Shown: positions 32,710 through 43,434 of the stretch, one piece after another
Layout of the letters: each line of letters begins with the position of its first letter
Numbering within the stretch: position 1 is the first letter of the stretch
Origin: Candidatus Latescibacterota bacterium
GTDB taxonomy: Bacteria > Latescibacterota > UBA2968
Direction: 5' to 3'
NCBI GenBank assembly: GCA_965198115.1
Contig: OZ240241.1
Location: forward strand, 7,520,001 to 7,584,000
Length of the DNA: 64,000 nucleotides
Notes under the pieces: model-generated
What the model was told of the DNA's origin: nothing
Database searches by the model: none
The model's input: the letters and a program-made list of their open reading frames with translations, nothing else
Translations under genes and position numbers: made by a program

Positions 32710-33297
32710 ATGATACGATTGATTTTCACTCTTGCCCTAATGCTGGCCCCAGGGTTGGCCGATGGGCAAAGTTTATTCGGGTCACGGGGATCCGCACGGT
32801 CCGAGTCGATGTTCGAGGATCGACGCGCTCCGCGCGCTCAGCGCATCGGTGACATCCTGACGGTGCTGGTCATGGAAAGCACATCCGCCAGCAACACAGC
32901 AGTCGTCGACACGGAAAAGGACGCGACGCTGAACTGGACCAGCCCCGGAGGGTTGAAAATCCCGGGATTCGGCCTGACGGGCACGGCGACGAGCGAATTC
33001 GAAGGCGAAGGGACGACGACACGGGAGCAGACCATCACCGCCCGCGTAAGCGTGACGGTCGTCGATGTGCGTCCGAACGGCGATCTGGTCGTGGAAGGCA
33101 GCCGCGTGATCGACATCAATGGCGAAAGCGAGATCATCTACCTGACCGGCGCGATCAATCCGTTCATCATCCCGGCCACGAATACAGTCGAGTCCTATCG
33201 AATCGCCGATCTCCAGGTGTCTTACAAGGGCAAGGGCGTGATTTCGCAGGGTACACGACCCGGATTCTTCATCCGATTCCTGAACTGGGTGTTTTAG
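32710..33297 (+). CDS. flgH: Flagellar L-ring protein FlgH
   Basis: IGDILTVLVME, PNGDLVVEG, S-x-RIAD, YKGKG. Confidence 0.88.
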   Translation: MIRLIFTLALMLAPGLADGQSLFGSRGSARSESMFEDRRAPRAQRIGDILTVLVMESTSASNTAVVDTEKDATLNWTSPGGLKIPGFGLTGTATSEFEGEGTTTREQTITARVSVTVVDVRPNGDLVVEGSRVIDINGESEIIYLTGAINPFIIPATNTVESYRIADLQVSYKGKGVISQGTRPGFFIRFLNWVF

Positions 33298-33299
33298 TC

Positions 33300-34328
33300 A
33301 TGCGAACGATTTTGCTGATCCTCGGTCTACTGATTCTATCCGATGGTGCTGACGCTCAGTTCGAGGTGGAGTTCGACCCCCAGAGGGTTCGGCTCAAGGA
33401 CCTCGGTGAGATTCAGACGTTGCAGGAAGTTCAGCTGCTGGGCTATGGGCTGGTAGTCGGTCTCGAAGGTGTCGGCGACGGTCGTGGAGCTCCCTTTACG
33501 ATTCAGTCGTTGGCCAACCTGATGCGGAATATGGGTGTGGAGGTGGACGCCGCGCAGATTCGGGCGAACAACACGGCGGCCGCGATGGTGACTGCGACGA
33601 TCGGGCCGACAGCCCGCGTCGGGTCCCGGCTCGATGTGACCGTTTCGTCGATCGGCGATGCGGGAAGTCTGGAGGGCGGGGTTCTGTTGATGACGCCGCT
33701 TCAGGCGGATCCACCGAACGGGCCGATCGTGGCCATCGCCCAAGGTCCGCTATCGATCGGCGGATTCAACGCCGAAGGAGGCGGTGGTGCGGTGCGGAAG
33801 AATCATCCCGTCGTCGGACGGATTCCCAACGGCGCGATCTTTCTGGAACTCGTTGAAATCATTCAACTCGAGGTCGGCGCCTTCGAAGCGCTGCTCAAAA
33901 CGTTGACGCAGGAGCAGGTCGCTCTGGTCAAGCAGAACGTCCACGCCATCGAGGAAGCCGTCACGACGCAGCAGACGCTCGTCGAGCGTGCACGTGCCCT
34001 CGAAACGGCCCGGATTCAAGTGATCGAACGACTGGCCGGACCCACGGACACATCGCCCGAGTCGGTCACGCTCAGGCAGCTGATCGACCGGATCGAAGAC
34101 CCCCAGGCGCAGAAGCTGCGCGAGCTGCGCGAGCAACTGCTCACGCTTCAGGAAGACATCCGGCGGGTGAATCAGCACAATTCTGCGCTGGTCAAGCAGT
34201 CGATGAAATACGTGGACAAGACGCTGAATATCCTGACCGGTGAAGGACCGGCCACGGGCGTCTACGGACAGTCCGGCAAAGTGGCTTCGAAGTCCACTTC
34301 CAGAGCCGTCGTCAACCACGTCGCATAA
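33300..34328 (+). CDS. flgI: In-frame chimera: N-terminal half of P-ring FlgI fused to chaperone FlgN
   Basis: RLKDL, GYGLVVGLEGVGD, SLEGGVL, GRIPNGA, then a helical FlgN-like region (VNQHNSALVKQS, YGQSGK). Confidence 0.75.
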   Translation: MRTILLILGLLILSDGADAQFEVEFDPQRVRLKDLGEIQTLQEVQLLGYGLVVGLEGVGDGRGAPFTIQSLANLMRNMGVEVDAAQIRANNTAAAMVTATIGPTARVGSRLDVTVSSIGDAGSLEGGVLLMTPLQADPPNGPIVAIAQGPLSIGGFNAEGGGGAVRKNHPVVGRIPNGAIFLELVEIIQLEVGAFEALLKTLTQEQVALVKQNVHAIEEAVTTQQTLVERARALETARIQVIERLAGPTDTSPESVTLRQLIDRIEDPQAQKLRELREQLLTLQEDIRRVNQHNSALVKQSMKYVDKTLNILTGEGPATGVYGQSGKVASKSTSRAVVNHVA

Positions 34329-34438
34329 TGACCATCCCGAGCCCCAATCGGGACCGTTGGGCCTTTCGGAGCGAGGATTCCACCCACCCCTGGCCTCCTC
34401 CGAGGGCCCGACAATACACTATTCGTGTGAGGTAGTCG

Positions 34439-35784
34439 GTGTCGTCACTCGGTAGAATCATCCAGATCGGTGTCAGCGGCAACGGTCGATAACCTGGGAA
34501 CCGGTGTCGAATTCGCCACGCTGACCCGCGCTCGTGACATCATTCTCGATCGTCAGTCCCGGTTCGAGGCGGGAAACGTCGGGCGTCTGGATTTTCTGGA
34601 ATCCTCGTTCTCGACGCTGGAATCGATTTTTACGGAAGTGGCCGGCGGCGGTACGACGGAAACGGGGTCCATATTCGACATCGACGGTGGCGCAGCCCTG
34701 ACTGGCGCATTGAGTCGATTCTTCACGGCATTCCAGGATTTGGCGAACAACCCGGAGAGCCAGGCCACTCGCGCGGCTGTTCGCGAAGAAGCAACCCTCC
34801 TGACCGAGCAGTTTCACAGGATTGACAGCCAACTCGCAGTGATGAAGGATGATCTGGACCGGGAGCTGCAAAGCACGACGACCGCCGTGAACGCGCTGAC
34901 GCGGCAGATCGCGATCCTGAACGAAAAGATTCTGGCCACGAAAGAAAACGTGCTGGACGTAGCCGGTGACCTGGACGACGAACGAGATCGTTTGATCGAC
35001 GATCTCGCAGAGCTGATAGACGCGACGGCGATCGAGCAGACGGATGGCACGGTGACCGTGACAGGGTCGACGGGCGAGGGTGTGTTGCTCGTCGATCGGG
35101 ATCGGTCGTTCGATCTCGAAATTCGTCTCGTCGCCAGCGGCAGCACGGTTTCCGCGAATCTGGTCACGGTCAACGAGGCCAGCCCCGTGCCCGTGAGGAC
35201 GGGTAAGATTGCGGGGATTCTGGAGGCTCGGGACGAGCACCTCGTGCGATTCGAGGGTGAACTGAATCTGTTGGCCGCCACGCTCGTGGATGAACTCAAC
35301 GCCCAGCACGCGGCAGGATTCGGGCTCGACGGGTCTTCCGGGAACACCTTTTTTCGGTCCGCGGGGACGACGGCTCAGCTAATCGAAGTGTCGGACACGG
35401 TCCTGAATAACCTGGACAAGATGCGCGGCTGCCGGTCCGAGCCAGGGGAACCCCAACGTGACGGCGGGTCCGGGCGACGGCGGAAACGCGCTCGAGTTGT
35501 CGGATGTGAGACTGAAAAAGCTGTTCGGCGGGGGAACCCAGACGATCGAGGAATTTTACGCCGATGTGATCGGGCAGCTGGGAGCGGAGGCGAAACGGAT
35601 TTTCACGTCGGCCGAGAGTCAACGTCTCGTTCAGGCGCAGGTGGACGTGCGGCGGGAAAACGTCCGCGGTGTGTCGATCAACGAGGAGGCCAGTCAGCTG
35701 ATTCTGTTCCAGCGTGCCTACCAGGCGGCAGCTCGCGTCGTGACCGCCGTAGACCAGATGATGCAGACGGTTTTGGACATTTAG
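34439..35784 (+). CDS. flgK: Hook-associated protein FlgK (internal deletion ~34481, frameshift ~35422)
   Basis: GAGG RBS + GTG giving MSSLGRIIQIGVSG; LGTGV, LANNPES, DERDRL, GVSINEE...FQRAYQAAA. Confidence 0.8.
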
Positions 35785-35810
35785 ACAGGCACATAACCTA
35801 GTGTAAAATC

Positions 35811-35839
35811 TTGAATTAACGGCATATGTGTCCTATAAT
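35811..35839 (+). promoter_or_regulatory. sigma70-type promoter upstream of flgL
   Basis: TTGAAT-17 nt-TATAAT. Confidence 0.5.
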
Positions 35840-35865
35840 CAGCCAGATAAGGTCAGGTGATCGAG

Positions 35866-37063
35866 ATGCGGGTCGCTGATACCGTTTTATCGTCGACGGT
35901 GACGAATAACCTTCGTCAATCGCTCAGCCGTATCAATAGATTCCAAACTGATCTGTCGACGGGTGTCAAGATTCACGACGCGTCGGACAATCCTGCAGGC
36001 GCGGCGCGATCGCTGCTTCTGCGGTCGGACATTCGGAATAACCAACAGTTTCAGCGGAACATCGGCGAAGCCCTCGGACAAATGGACTTTGTCGATTCGA
36101 CCTCGACAGTCTGATGAACACGGTCATCGATCTTCAGGGGATCGCCATCGCCGGTGCGAGCGACACGGTCAATCCCGAGGATCGCGAGATCATGGCTCGT
36201 GAGGTCAACGAGCTGCTCGAGCTCGCGGTGAGCGTCGGTCAAACCAAGTTCCGAGGTCGGTTCGTCTTCGCCGGGACCGAGACGCTGGAAAAGCCCTATG
36301 AGGACATTCGCGATTCCGCCGGTCAGATCACCGACGTCGGAAACGCGCTTCGTGCGAGCGTTACCTTGAGCGACCGGGCCACTGCGGTAGGCACGCTGCT
36401 CGGTCTGGCGACGCCACCCGCAGGGACGGTCACGGTCGGAGACCAGACGGTTGCGATCGATCTGGCAACGGATTCGCTCGACGACATCAAAGCAAGCATC
36501 GACGCCGCGGCGCCCACGGGTGTCACGGTCACGATCGAAGAGTCAGTCCGCAACGGTCAGCCGTCGTTCAAGCTTCGGATCAGCGGGACCGCGACGGTCG
36601 CCGACAGCAACAACGTGCTCGGGACCCTGAACATCGGGAACGTCGACACGACGAAGGCGATGCTGCGTGAAGTGGGCGCGGGATCCACGTACAGGTGAAC
36701 ACGGCGGGGCAGGACCTGTTCGAAGGCGCCCAGAACGTGTTCACGTCGTTGATCAGCCTTCGGGACGCGCTGAACGGTAACAACATCGACGGAATCCGGT
36801 CTTCGATCACAGACATGCGAGTCGCCCGAGATAAGATTTCGGAAGTACGTGGCGTTCTTGGGTCTCGATCGGAGCGTGTTGAAGTTCAAAGGAGCCTGCT
36901 CGAACGGTTCGAGGTGAACCTGACGAGTTCGCTTTCGATTACCGAAGACGCGGACTTGTCGGAAACGGTCCTGAACCTGCAGCAGGCGCAGACGATCTTT
37001 CAATCCGCTCTCATAGCGGGGCAGTCGGTGTTCCAGCCCACCCTGCTCGATTTCCTGCGGTAG
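35866..37063 (+). CDS. flgL: Hook-associated protein FlgL (frameshifts ~36110 and ~36690)
   Basis: LSTGVKI..SDNP, RFVFAGT, EDADLSE, PTLLDFLR. Confidence 0.85.
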
Positions 37064-37131
37064 GGCGCGAGGAAACGATGCACGCCCTCGCAAGCCCACA
37101 ACGGCGCCATCCCATCCAGGGATACACGCTT

Positions 37132-37581
37132 ATGGCCGAAGACTCCATCCGGTTCAGCCACGTTCGATTCGGCGAGCAGGAGACCACGCGGGACAAGGTG
37201 ATCGAGTTCCCCGACGGTGTACCTGGATTCGAGCGCCACCGGGAGTTCGCGCTGTTCGAGGACCCCAACAGCGAGCCGTTCCAGTGGTTTCTCTCGATCG
37301 AAAACGAAGAGCTCGGGTTTGTCGTGATCAACCCGCTCTACCTCTGGCCTGATTACGATCCGAAGATTGGCAAAGCAGACCTCAAAAGTCTGGAGATCAC
37401 CGATACGAACGAGATTCTGATCTATTCGATCGTAACGCTTTCGGACAATCCGGAACTCGTTACGGCGAACCTCAGCGGTCCGATACTCATTAACACGTCG
37501 AACCGCAAAGCCAGGCAACTGGCGCTGCTTGACGATCGGTACACCACCAAACACAAGATCCTGGACGCTGAAACGGTGTAG
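37132..37581 (+). CDS. fliW: Flagellar assembly factor FliW
   Basis: FPDGVPGFE, FVVINP, TANLSGPILIN. Confidence 0.92.
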   Translation: MAEDSIRFSHVRFGEQETTRDKVIEFPDGVPGFERHREFALFEDPNSEPFQWFLSIENEELGFVVINPLYLWPDYDPKIGKADLKSLEITDTNEILIYSIVTLSDNPELVTANLSGPILINTSNRKARQLALLDDRYTTKHKILDAETV

Positions 37582-37602
37582 GGCGTCGGGAGGGCGACTG
37601 CT

Positions 37603-37845
37603 GTGCTCGTATTAACACGGAAGTTAGGCGAGAGCATCGTCATCGGTAACCACGTGAGGGTCACTGTCCTGGACATGCAGGGCAAGCAGATCCGGCTGGG
37701 TATCGATGCCCCTTCCGAAGTGTCTGTTCACCGTGGCGAGGTGTACGAGCGCATCGAAGAAGAGAATCGTCGAGCAGCGGAAACGGCCCACGCGGACATT
37801 TCCAAACTCACGCAGGTGGTCAAATCGAAGGGCACCCAGGGCTGA
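37603..37845 (+). CDS. csrA: Carbon storage regulator CsrA
   Basis: [15 protein letters not shown]...RLGIDAP..VHRGEVY. Confidence 0.97.
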   Translation: MLVLTRKLGESIVIGNHVRVTVLDMQGKQIRLGIDAPSEVSVHRGEVYERIEEENRRAAETAHADISKLTQVVKSKGTQG

Positions 37846-37905
37846 CGCCCGTCAGCCGTCCGTTTCGATTCAGCGCCACCGCCTCCTTCGCTCAGACTTA
37901 AGTCC

Positions 37906-37932
37906 TCAAGGACTTCAGGGACCTGCCGATAT
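37906..37932 (+). promoter_or_regulatory. sigma28-type promoter
   Basis: TCAA-15 nt-GCCGATAT. Confidence 0.6.
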
Positions 37933-38108
37933 CGAGGATACAGGCCCGATCCTGCCGGATCGACACGATCTGGATCGGCCCTGACACCCCTCGTCAGCTT
38001 CCCGGCGGACCCATCCCAGCCGACCGGTTTCCAGAGATCATCACCGACCACGTTGCTTTTTGTCTCATCGGGTAACGCCTGAGAGACGCAACCGCTCTGG
38101 AGCGCCGA

Positions 38109-41100
38109 ATGCACCGGCTCAGAATCCTGACCTTCAACTGGCACGACCCCTACATCTACCTGTTTGCCCGAACCAGTCACGACATCCACGTCGGGGACTG
38201 GATGCAGCGCGCTGACGGCACCCGCGGCTGGGATCTCCGCAAGCGGCCCGTGCCCTCGAATGTGACGCTCATCGACGGCGAAGAGAAAGCCCGTGCCGCT
38301 ATCCAGAATGGCTCGCTGTCGCGCACACGCTGCAGGATATCGCTTTCCTGGAGCGTTTCGATATCGCGACGGTGTTCCTGACTCACAATGCCCTCCAGAA
38401 CGACGGCCACAACGACCCCCACGCCATGGGAGAGATTCGCCAGACCGTGCAATCCTTCCTCAGTCGTCGAAACGGCGTTTTCGCGGCGATTTCGGGAATG
38501 AAGCGCGACAGTTGGGGGCTCGACGGTCCGATCGTCAAGCCCGGCATCCCACTCGACGACTACGATGGTTTCGAGGGGTCGGTGGCTGAGGCCTTGTCGG
38601 TCGGAAACCTGTTCGTCGAACGCGACTTCATGCTCGGTTACAGCGCGATCGCCGAAGGTCTGGCCGACCTGCCGTATCGTCTGGTCGGCGTCAATCCAAG
38701 CCTGCCTGGCGTGCGTCAGGCCGAAGACTGGGACGAGCTCAGATCTTTTTACCGTACTCACCGCGTTTACGTGAACGCCACCGTCGAAGCGTTCGAGGAT
38801 GGCTACAACCTCGGTATGCTCGAAGCCATGGCGACGGGGATGCCCGTCGTGACGACGCGCAATGCGACGTCGCCGATCGTGGACGGCCAAAACGGGTTCG
38901 TTTGCGACACGCCAGATCAGATGCGTGAGTGTGTGCAGAAGCTCCTGGACGATCCAGAACTGGCGCGGGCGATGGGATCGTGTGCGCGGGAAACCGTCGG
39001 TCGAGCATTCGGACTCGACGCCTTTCGTCGAGGCGTGGAATGGGATCTTCGGGACCTGCCTGAAGGCTTCAACGAAGGCTCAGGCCGTTGGATCGGAAGA
39101 GCGGCTGTCGGGCGCGTGCCGGCTCGACGTGTCCAGAGACGATCTGTTCCCCTACACGGGGGATGACGTGTCCACGCTCCTGGCAACAGCCAACCTGGAA
39201 GCTGTTTCGATTCCGAGGATCAAGCTCGACCGGACCGGGAACGGCTACCTCGTCGACGTTTCTCTCTACGATGCCGAGACTCAAAAGACCTACGCGTGGC
39301 AGGGCATCGAGGTGCCTGCCGGGGGCACGATCGGGTGGCCTTCCTTCCTGGCGAACCTTCCAGCGGAGTTGAAATCGATGATCGCCGGAGCGATCGAGCA
39401 GACGGTCGATGCCGTCTCCCAGGATGCCCGAGCCTCACAGACACCCACGGTGGTGGTTACGCTGAACGCGTGCGAGGGAGCGGTGTATCGGGTGGGTGAT
39501 GACAGGGTCACACCCGGGGACGCGCGCTCCGATATCTACCTGCATCACGCCAAACGGTATGCGTTCGCGACGCAGTTCTGCGAAGGCAAGCGTGTGCTGG
39601 AGGTGGGTGGAGGAACGGGTTACGGTGCCCGCATTCTGGCGCGTCACGCCGACTCTGTGGTGTCGATGGATCTGTCGGCCGAGGCGATGGCGTTCGGGAA
39701 TCGGACGTTCGCGGCCGACAATGTCGTTCGGGTCACGTCCGATGCCAGAAACATTGCCCTGGGCGATGTCACGTTCGACACGGCCGTCTGCTTCGAGATG
39801 ATCGAACACATCGAAGAGCACGACGCGTTGCTGGACGAGGTCCGACGTCTACTCGCACCGGACGGCACGTTCCTGGTGAGCACACCCAACAAGATCATCT
39901 ACGACCTACCCGGAAACGAGAACGACTACCACGTCGGGATGCTGTCCCGCGATGATTTCGAGCTTCTGATGGGACGGCATTTCGAGGACGTATCGATCGT
40001 GGCCCAGCGCAGGGCGACGCCCAGCGAGCCCTTTTACGAGGCATTCGGTTTCGATGAGAAGGCGACCGACGACCACGAAGTCTTCATCGCGATCTGCAAG
40101 GGACCGCGAGGCCGTTCCTCGATCGCAGGCGCGCACGTGGAGGCGCCACGCGTCGAGGTCCGCGATGAGCGGGCGGAGCTCCAGGACGACGCTCCATCGG
40201 ACGATCGTCTTCGCGTTCTGTTCAGCCACGTGTCGAACCCGATTTCGGCCGGTCGATACTACGTCGACGCCTTCCGTCGTCACTGCGATGTGATCACGTG
40301 CGGGCCGATGATCGATGACAACGAGCTGGCAGCCTGGCGCGAGGCGGAGCACGAGCACGCCTTCAAGACTCTGGAAGATGCCGATCGGGACAAGCTGGAA
40401 CCGATCCGGCGGGCAGCTGAGCCGTGCGACATTCCCATGCCGAGTGGCCGTGTGAACGTGGACGAGGTGCTGAAAGCCCTCCCGGGCGGCTGGATGCCCG
40501 ATCTGTTCGTCTGGTCGGACAGCGCGACAGGGTTCCTGCCCGTCGGTCTGGAGCAGCTGGGTTGTCCCGCGGCTTGTCTGGTCGGGGATACCCATATCGG
40601 GCAGATGGATTGGCGCATCGATTACGCCCGTCTGTTTACGCACACGTTCGTGATGTTCAATCGGCAGCACATTCCACACTTCCAACGAGCGGGAATCCCG
40701 AACGTGACGTGGCTGCCGGGAGCGTGCGATCCGGTCTTCCATAGCGGAGAGCGTGCCGGAAAACGGTTCGATGTCGGGTTCGTGGGTCAGACCCATCGCA
40801 CCTGGCACCCGGATCGCGTCCGTTTGCTTCAGCGGCTGATGGATGCCGGGGTCGACGTGTCTGTCGAGAGCAAGATTCTGGAAGAGATGGGTCGCTTCAA
40901 CGGACAATGCCGGGTCGTGTTCAACCGCAGTCTGAACGGCGACCTGAACATGCGTGTGTTCGAAGCGCTCTGCTCGGGGAGTCTGCTGTTGACGGATCGT
41001 CTGGGTCCGGAGTCGGGTCTGGATGGTCTGTTCGAGGACCGAAAGCATCTGGTACTCTACGACGAACACAACCTCGAAGAGCTCGTGAGTCACTACTTGA

Positions 41101-41569
41101 AGCACGAGGCCGAACGCGAATCGATCGCCGCAGCTGGACGTCAGGCCGTCCTGAACGGCCACACCTACGACCATCGCGTCGCCCAGATTCTGGAAACGGT
41201 TGCCAGCAGTCCTGAACACCGAACACCGAACACTCCGTCCAAGTCGCTCCAACGATCGAACCTTGCCGTACTCAACCGGATGATCCCATCGAGGAACTCG
41301 CCACCTACACCGGCGAAACAGTCGACGCGGTCCGGGATCAGATGGAATCGGCCGGCAGCGACCTGGCCGAGGTCTGGCGCGAGCAGGATCGAGCGTCAGC
41401 ATCGGAGATCGACGCCTTTTACAAGGAAACCGACCGATATCTCTACGACCTGACGGCCTTCAACTACAGCCCGATGTACACGGGCTGGCGTGGTGCGATC
41501 TACAATCTATGCCAGCAGGTGAGCGAGCAAGTGGGTCCACGCGGTTTCGATGTGTTGGATTTCGGGGGT
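38109..41569 (+). CDS. Multidomain GT4 + SAM methyltransferase + CgeB-like GT + truncated second methyltransferase (frameshifted); probable flagellin glycosylation
   Basis: EDGYNLGMLEAMATG; VLEVGGGTGYG, FEMIEH; DLNMRVFEA, HTYDHRV; VLDFGG. Confidence 0.7.
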
Positions 41570-42130
41570 GAGGCCGAGGCCGAGGATCCCGAGCGTCTCG
41601 CACTCGAGCCGACCGGCGTCCGGCAACGGTTCCTGTCCACCTACATCCAGCAGGTGGAGCAGATGGCATCGGCGTCGCCGTCCGAACAGGCGCTTCTTTC
41701 GGCGGCGATCTACCTTTGGAACGACGACTTGACTCGATCTCACGAGATCTGTCAACGCTTCGAACGGTCGATTCCCGACGCCAGCTTCATACACGGGATC
41801 GTTCACCGCCGCGAGCCCGACTTCAACAACGCGCGAGTATGGTTTGGTCGTGCCGAGGGCATTCGCGGCGGCGAGGCTATTCGCGATGCCGTGTTGGCCT
41901 TGCTTCAGCGTGTCCTTCAGATGCCCGACTACGGGGCCGCCCGGGACACGGCCTTCGCGTTGATTCAGCATTTGCAGAAGGTGGGCACGTGGGACCCCGT
42001 GCGTCTGCTGGCGTTGTGCGAGGAGGGTGAGTGGAAGGAGGACGCGGTTCTCTGTCGGCTTCTCGAGGAGATTCAGGAAGCAGAGCTTCTGGCCGCGATT
42101 GAAGTCATCGGATCACGCTCCGCGGCCTGA
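41570..42130 (+). CDS. Conserved hypothetical domain (HRREPD motif) fused in frame to the methyltransferase stub
   Basis: YLWNDDLTRSHEICQ...HGIVHRREPDFNNARVWF. Confidence 0.55.
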   Translation, partial: EAEAEDPERLALEPTGVRQRFLSTYIQQVEQMASASPSEQALLSAAIYLWNDDLTRSHEICQRFERSIPDASFIHGIVHRREPDFNNARVWFGRAEGIRGGEAIRDAVLALLQRVLQMPDYGAARDTAFALIQHLQKVGTWDPVRLLALCEEGEWKEDAVLCRLLEEIQEAELLAAIEVIGSRSAA

Positions 42131-42640
42131 GCGAGCATCGGCGGCGGGTCCCCGTTTGAGCAGGAAGGGTAGAAGGACGGCGGAGAGGACGATTTCGGGG
42201 ATGAGATAGGACAGGTTGTAGAGAGCGGAGTAGACCCACACGGTCGTACCTTCGGGGGCGTAGCTGCCGAAGAAGACGATGCCCGACAGGAAGTGCGCGA
42301 TGAATCGAGCGCCTCCGCCCACGAGACAGGCCACGACGACCGTAGCGGGGAAAAATCCGCTGATCCCGAGGACCCCGAAGGCAAGGGGGTAATCGAGCAC
42401 GACCTGTATCGGGTGATAGATGTGGGCGCCGAGCAAGAGCTGGATGAGCCCGCACAGGATTCCAGCGCTGACGGCCGGGCGGACACCGCCCCAGATGGCG
42501 AGGTAGAGGATAGGGAGGGATTCGAGAGAAATCGAGCCGCCGTAGGGCAGGCGGGGGAGCGGGAGCGCCTTGAGAATCAGGCCGAGGACGACAGCGAGCG
42601 CTGCCGTGGTCGCGATGAGGGTCAGGTCTCGAACGCTCAC
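42113..42640 (-). CDS. thiT: ECF-type thiamine transporter S component
   Basis: PYGGSIS, HPIQVVLDYPLAF, HFLSGIVFFGSYAPEG, YSALYN. Confidence 0.9.
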   Translation of the reverse strand: MSVRDLTLIATTAALAVVLGLILKALPLPRLPYGGSISLESLPILYLAIWGGVRPAVSAGILCGLIQLLLGAHIYHPIQVVLDYPLAFGVLGISGFFPATVVVACLVGGGARFIAHFLSGIVFFGSYAPEGTTVWVYSALYNLSYLIPEIVLSAVLLPFLLKRGPAADARSGRGA

Positions 42641-43356
42641 GAGAGGCCGGCTTCTTCTTTCAGCCTGGCTTTTCGCTGTTCGAGCGTGTGTTCCTGATTC
42701 TTTTTTTGGTAGGCGAGGTTGACGTCCTGAAAGAAGCTTCTGAAGGGCACCAAGACGTCTTGCTGCAGGTCATCGCGCGCTTTGCGGATGGCCATCCGTC
42801 CGTTGGCGGTGTTGAGATCGCCGTATTGATTGACGTGGAGACTCGCCTGCTGCCCCTGGTCGCTCTGCCACCACTTCAGCAACGATTCGCAGGCATCCCG
42901 AAGGGTCTTTGTTGTGGCCAGGTCCAACTCTTCGAGTGTCGATGACACGATGTCAAGCGCCCGCTGCTCATCTTCGGGAGACGCCTCGATCTCCAGGTTG
43001 CCGAGGGGACTCCCGGCGATCACCTCACCGTCTTTCGTGTCTCCGTCTGGTGCTTCGGAGGGTTCGGCCTTTTGGAGGTTCGACACCGTGAGGTTACACT
43101 CTTTGACCAGGAGCGCATAGCCGGTCAGGGCGGAGTCGTAAATGCGGGTCATGAGCTTCCCCGCTTTGCTCGATGGGTTTAGTCTGTTGCGAGTCTCACG
43201 GACTTGCTCCAGGCTCGAGCGTGCCGACCCAGCCAGCTTTTCTATGTCTGGCACTTTATCTGGGCCGAGGAACTTCAACCGCCGACGTAGGAAATCTTCG
43301 GCAGCCTCCCGTTCCTCCTGGCTCAGAATGAGGAGCAGTTCTTGAGGGTTTTTCAT
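42637..43356 (-). CDS. Hypothetical helical protein
   Basis: MKNPQELL start; GTGA overlap with thiT. Confidence 0.6.
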   Translation of the reverse strand: MKNPQELLLILSQEEREAAEDFLRRRLKFLGPDKVPDIEKLAGSARSSLEQVRETRNRLNPSSKAGKLMTRIYDSALTGYALLVKECNLTVSNLQKAEPSEAPDGDTKDGEVIAGSPLGNLEIEASPEDEQRALDIVSSTLEELDLATTKTLRDACESLLKWWQSDQGQQASLHVNQYGDLNTANGRMAIRKARDDLQQDVLVPFRSFFQDVNLAYQKKNQEHTLEQRKARLKEEAGLS

Positions 43357-43434
43357 AGAAATGGACCTGGACGTGAGGTATAGGAATACAGCGTAAATAT
43401 ATGCAAATAAAGCGGATTTCCAACTGGGGATGCC

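Noticed and set aside
34328-34438. ATG overlapping the flgN stop as flgK start; hairpin 34359-34409 as ncRNA
   Set aside because: That frame is not FlgK-like and GTG 34439 with a GAGG RBS fits; a single hairpin is insufficient evidence for an RNA gene
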